Shown here: positions 61,955 to 64,000 of the stretch, in pieces
How the letters are laid out: the number at the start of each line of letters is the position of its first letter
Position numbering within the stretch: position 1 is the first letter of the stretch
Source: Botryllus schlosseri
Taxonomy: Eukaryota
Assembly (NCBI GenBank): GCA_051294905.1
Contig: CM119373.1
Coordinates: 9,672,001-9,736,000, forward strand
Length of the DNA: 64,000 nucleotides
Direction: 5' to 3'
Notes under the pieces: generated by a model
What the model was told of the DNA's origin: nothing
The model's database searches: none
Seen by the model: only the letters and a program-made list of their open reading frames with translations
Program-made: the position numbers and the translations under genes

Positions 61955-61974
61955 ATGACGTCACGTGACGTCAT
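61955..61974. promoter_or_regulatory. Perfect 20-bp palindrome ATGACGTCACGTGACGTCAT = two full CRE octamers overlapping a central E-box
   Basis: Motifs read directly; regulatory function unproven. Confidence 0.35.
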
Positions 61975-63277
61975 GAGGTTCACGTTCGTGTTCACACAGA
62001 ACCTTTCAAAAAGGTTCGCGTTCACACGAACCTGAACCTTTCAGAGGTTCACACCATCCCTAGTTATAATACAACCGTCGTCTGCGAGTCTTTTTGTACG
62101 TATTTTTCAAATCATTGGACAAGGGCATATATCTCATAACAAAAATCTATTATCGCGTGGATTAGGCCTACGTCTTCACATTTCACAATATAGTTCCATT
62201 CTCTGGGGAAATTCCCGAATCTACTTACGCCGAATTAAGGATGCACTTTACCTACACGCGCGCGTGCAATAAGCTGTTCAAAAATTGTTATCTAATATGA
62301 TGAAATGCTGCGCTGCAATCTACTAGCTCTCGTGTTGTTCGATTGATATTGAAGATATTTCAACTTCAGTTGATAATTTATACCCATACGTCTGTCGCTA
62401 AATCTGGGTATATGCTGACTTGATATCATACCCCTATTTTGTAAGCGCTGCTAACGGCCAGTTTAAATGAACCTCAGAGAAATATACGCTAGGATTTTGG
62501 AGTCACACTCAGTCGGAATATAACCTTCATGAATCTACGTCACATCATATAATTTACTGTGCCTTTGTAGCAAAAATCACGTCGTACTGTTCCGGCATTG
62601 AACGTTTAGACCGCATTCCACGATCAGATGTTGGCATATTCGCGAAGCTGACACGCAGTGAACTATATTTCAGGTAGGTAACAACGTAGTGGAGTTTTCT
62701 GGTCCGCAGTGTGGAAACGGAGTCAACATCAGAAAGGGATAAGAGTGATTCTAAGAAATCCCATCGTATTATCTAAAATTGACGAGACGAATCAGAATCG
62801 CATTATCAACCCAACTCGGTTCCAAAACGCAGCCAAGCCGATAGTGACTGGCGGACAGAATGGAAGTAACTCGATATTGTGTGATTCTACTCCGATTTAC
62901 GCAATACCAACCCACCACTTGGAACATACAGTGCTTCCAACCTTGACTATGTAACGCGAGCATGAGCATGTTTAAACCATAAGATACCTCAATAAAGGCT
63001 ACTGATTACTTATTGACGGCAGTTGAACTGTTGACTTACCTATCCGGATTAAAGCATATTCCTGTTGATCAATCCACCAACTGCGAATATTTAGGCCGCC
63101 AAATTGGTACCAGTTACCTCTCCATTTGATACAAATACCCCGCCAATAATATGACGTGAACGAAATTCATGAGGGCAAGGGCCCAAATAAGAATCCTTCG
63201 TAAATATTTCGTATACCAAAATGAAGTACTATATAGCTGGGCAATACCAATTACCCGATTCCGAGTACTAACTCGTT

Positions 63278-63456
63278 CCTCGCCACGTGATCCGCGTAAG
63301 CGGTGTCTTATAAAAAAACCAGAAGTGGGCCGTGCTACAAGTCGGTAAATACGGAATAAAAAATAAATAATATCGGCCTGGTGTAACATGACCAATGTAG
63401 TCGAAACACCACGAACATCAACAAAAAAACAAGCAAACAAGCTAACAAACAAACAA
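63278..63456 (+). mobile_element. 5'-truncated copy of the same SINE with (CAAA)n tail
   Basis: Shares CCGCGTAAGCGGTGTCTT...GTGGGCCGTGCTACAAGTCGG with 60575-60866. Confidence 0.75.
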
Positions 63457-63880
63457 TTGAGTAGTAAGCTTTGAGTCGGGTCGGGAATTTGAGCACAGCA
63501 TGCCTTGGAGTCATAATAATAGTAATACCGACCTACAAAGTTTTAAAAATGCATCTTATTAGCGGCCACAACGAAATAATGTATTCCTGACCGTGACCAT
63601 TTCGTAGCGCTTTGTGGCAATGCCGTCAATCGATTACTAACTCACAGAAAGGTGGCTTCGATGAACATGCATAACCTCATGTAACGTATTCAAGAAACGA
63701 CTCGACACCGTGGGTAGAACTCTATATTTCGGTGATCGAATATCCCTGAATGTGAAGGGCGACTATTTTTGTTACTCGAAACATAAATAATCGACTGTCA
63801 TTACCCGACTCGAATCATTACAAGCGAAATTCTACTCGGATTCAAGTACACGAATGATTGCGTCCAGCATTACGAACCAG

Positions 63881-64000
63881 ACCTTGATAGATAGATACTA
63901 ATAGCAGATGCGAAAGAGGGGTCTGGGGGGCGAAGCCCCCCATAAGTTACGGATAGATACTTATAGGGGGGCTCCCGGTAAGTCTCGCCCAGCCCCCCAC
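63881..64000. repeat. Young interspersed repeat with twin GC hairpins (copy 2, cut by the window end)
   Basis: Identical to 52778-52897. Confidence 0.85.

Larger units (their letters stand above)
50195..62062. mobile_element. Non-autonomous hAT element (about 1.0 kb once nested inserts are removed); outermost layer of the nest
   Basis: Perfect 16-bp TIR TAGGGATGGTGTGAAC; exact 8-bp TSD GTTATAAT at 50187-50194 and 62063-62070; GTGAAC/GGTTC subterminal repeats at both ends. Confidence 0.92.

Noticed and set aside
62709-62954. 81-aa ORF resembling a cytoplasmic tail with a PIYAIP motif
   Set aside because: No upstream plus-strand partner exons found; the nearest donor would give a 36-nt intron.

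Overview
AT-rich, transposon-dense animal genomic DNA. It is most likely an invertebrate chordate such as an ascidian, which is inferred from the gene structure and not proven. Two multi-exon genes can be assembled by hand. (1) Minus strand, 45509->8641: a complete parathyroid hormone receptor-like class B1 GPCR with 14 coding exons, all GT-AG and phase-compatible, 1833 nt, 610 aa. It appears to start without a signal peptide (two in-frame stops just upstream of a strong ATG), and its TM6 PxxG activation motif reads FxxG. (2) Plus strand, 55526->60097: a 7-exon, 392-aa, in-frame 'SAMD3-like' gene. This gene lies inside a 10.9-kb CACTA/EnSpm-type element (CACTG TIRs, TA TSD) with no visible transposase. 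That element is inserted in a TAGGG-ended hAT element (8-bp TSD GTTATAAT) and itself holds further hAT elements and SINEs, making a nest four layers deep. The rest is introns and intergenic DNA packed with hAT MITEs (many with readable TSDs), a pogo/Fot1-like deletion derivative, a foldback element, a tRNA-derived SINE family, a decayed CR1/L2-type reverse transcriptase and microsatellites. Most ORFs in the supplied track are spurious.
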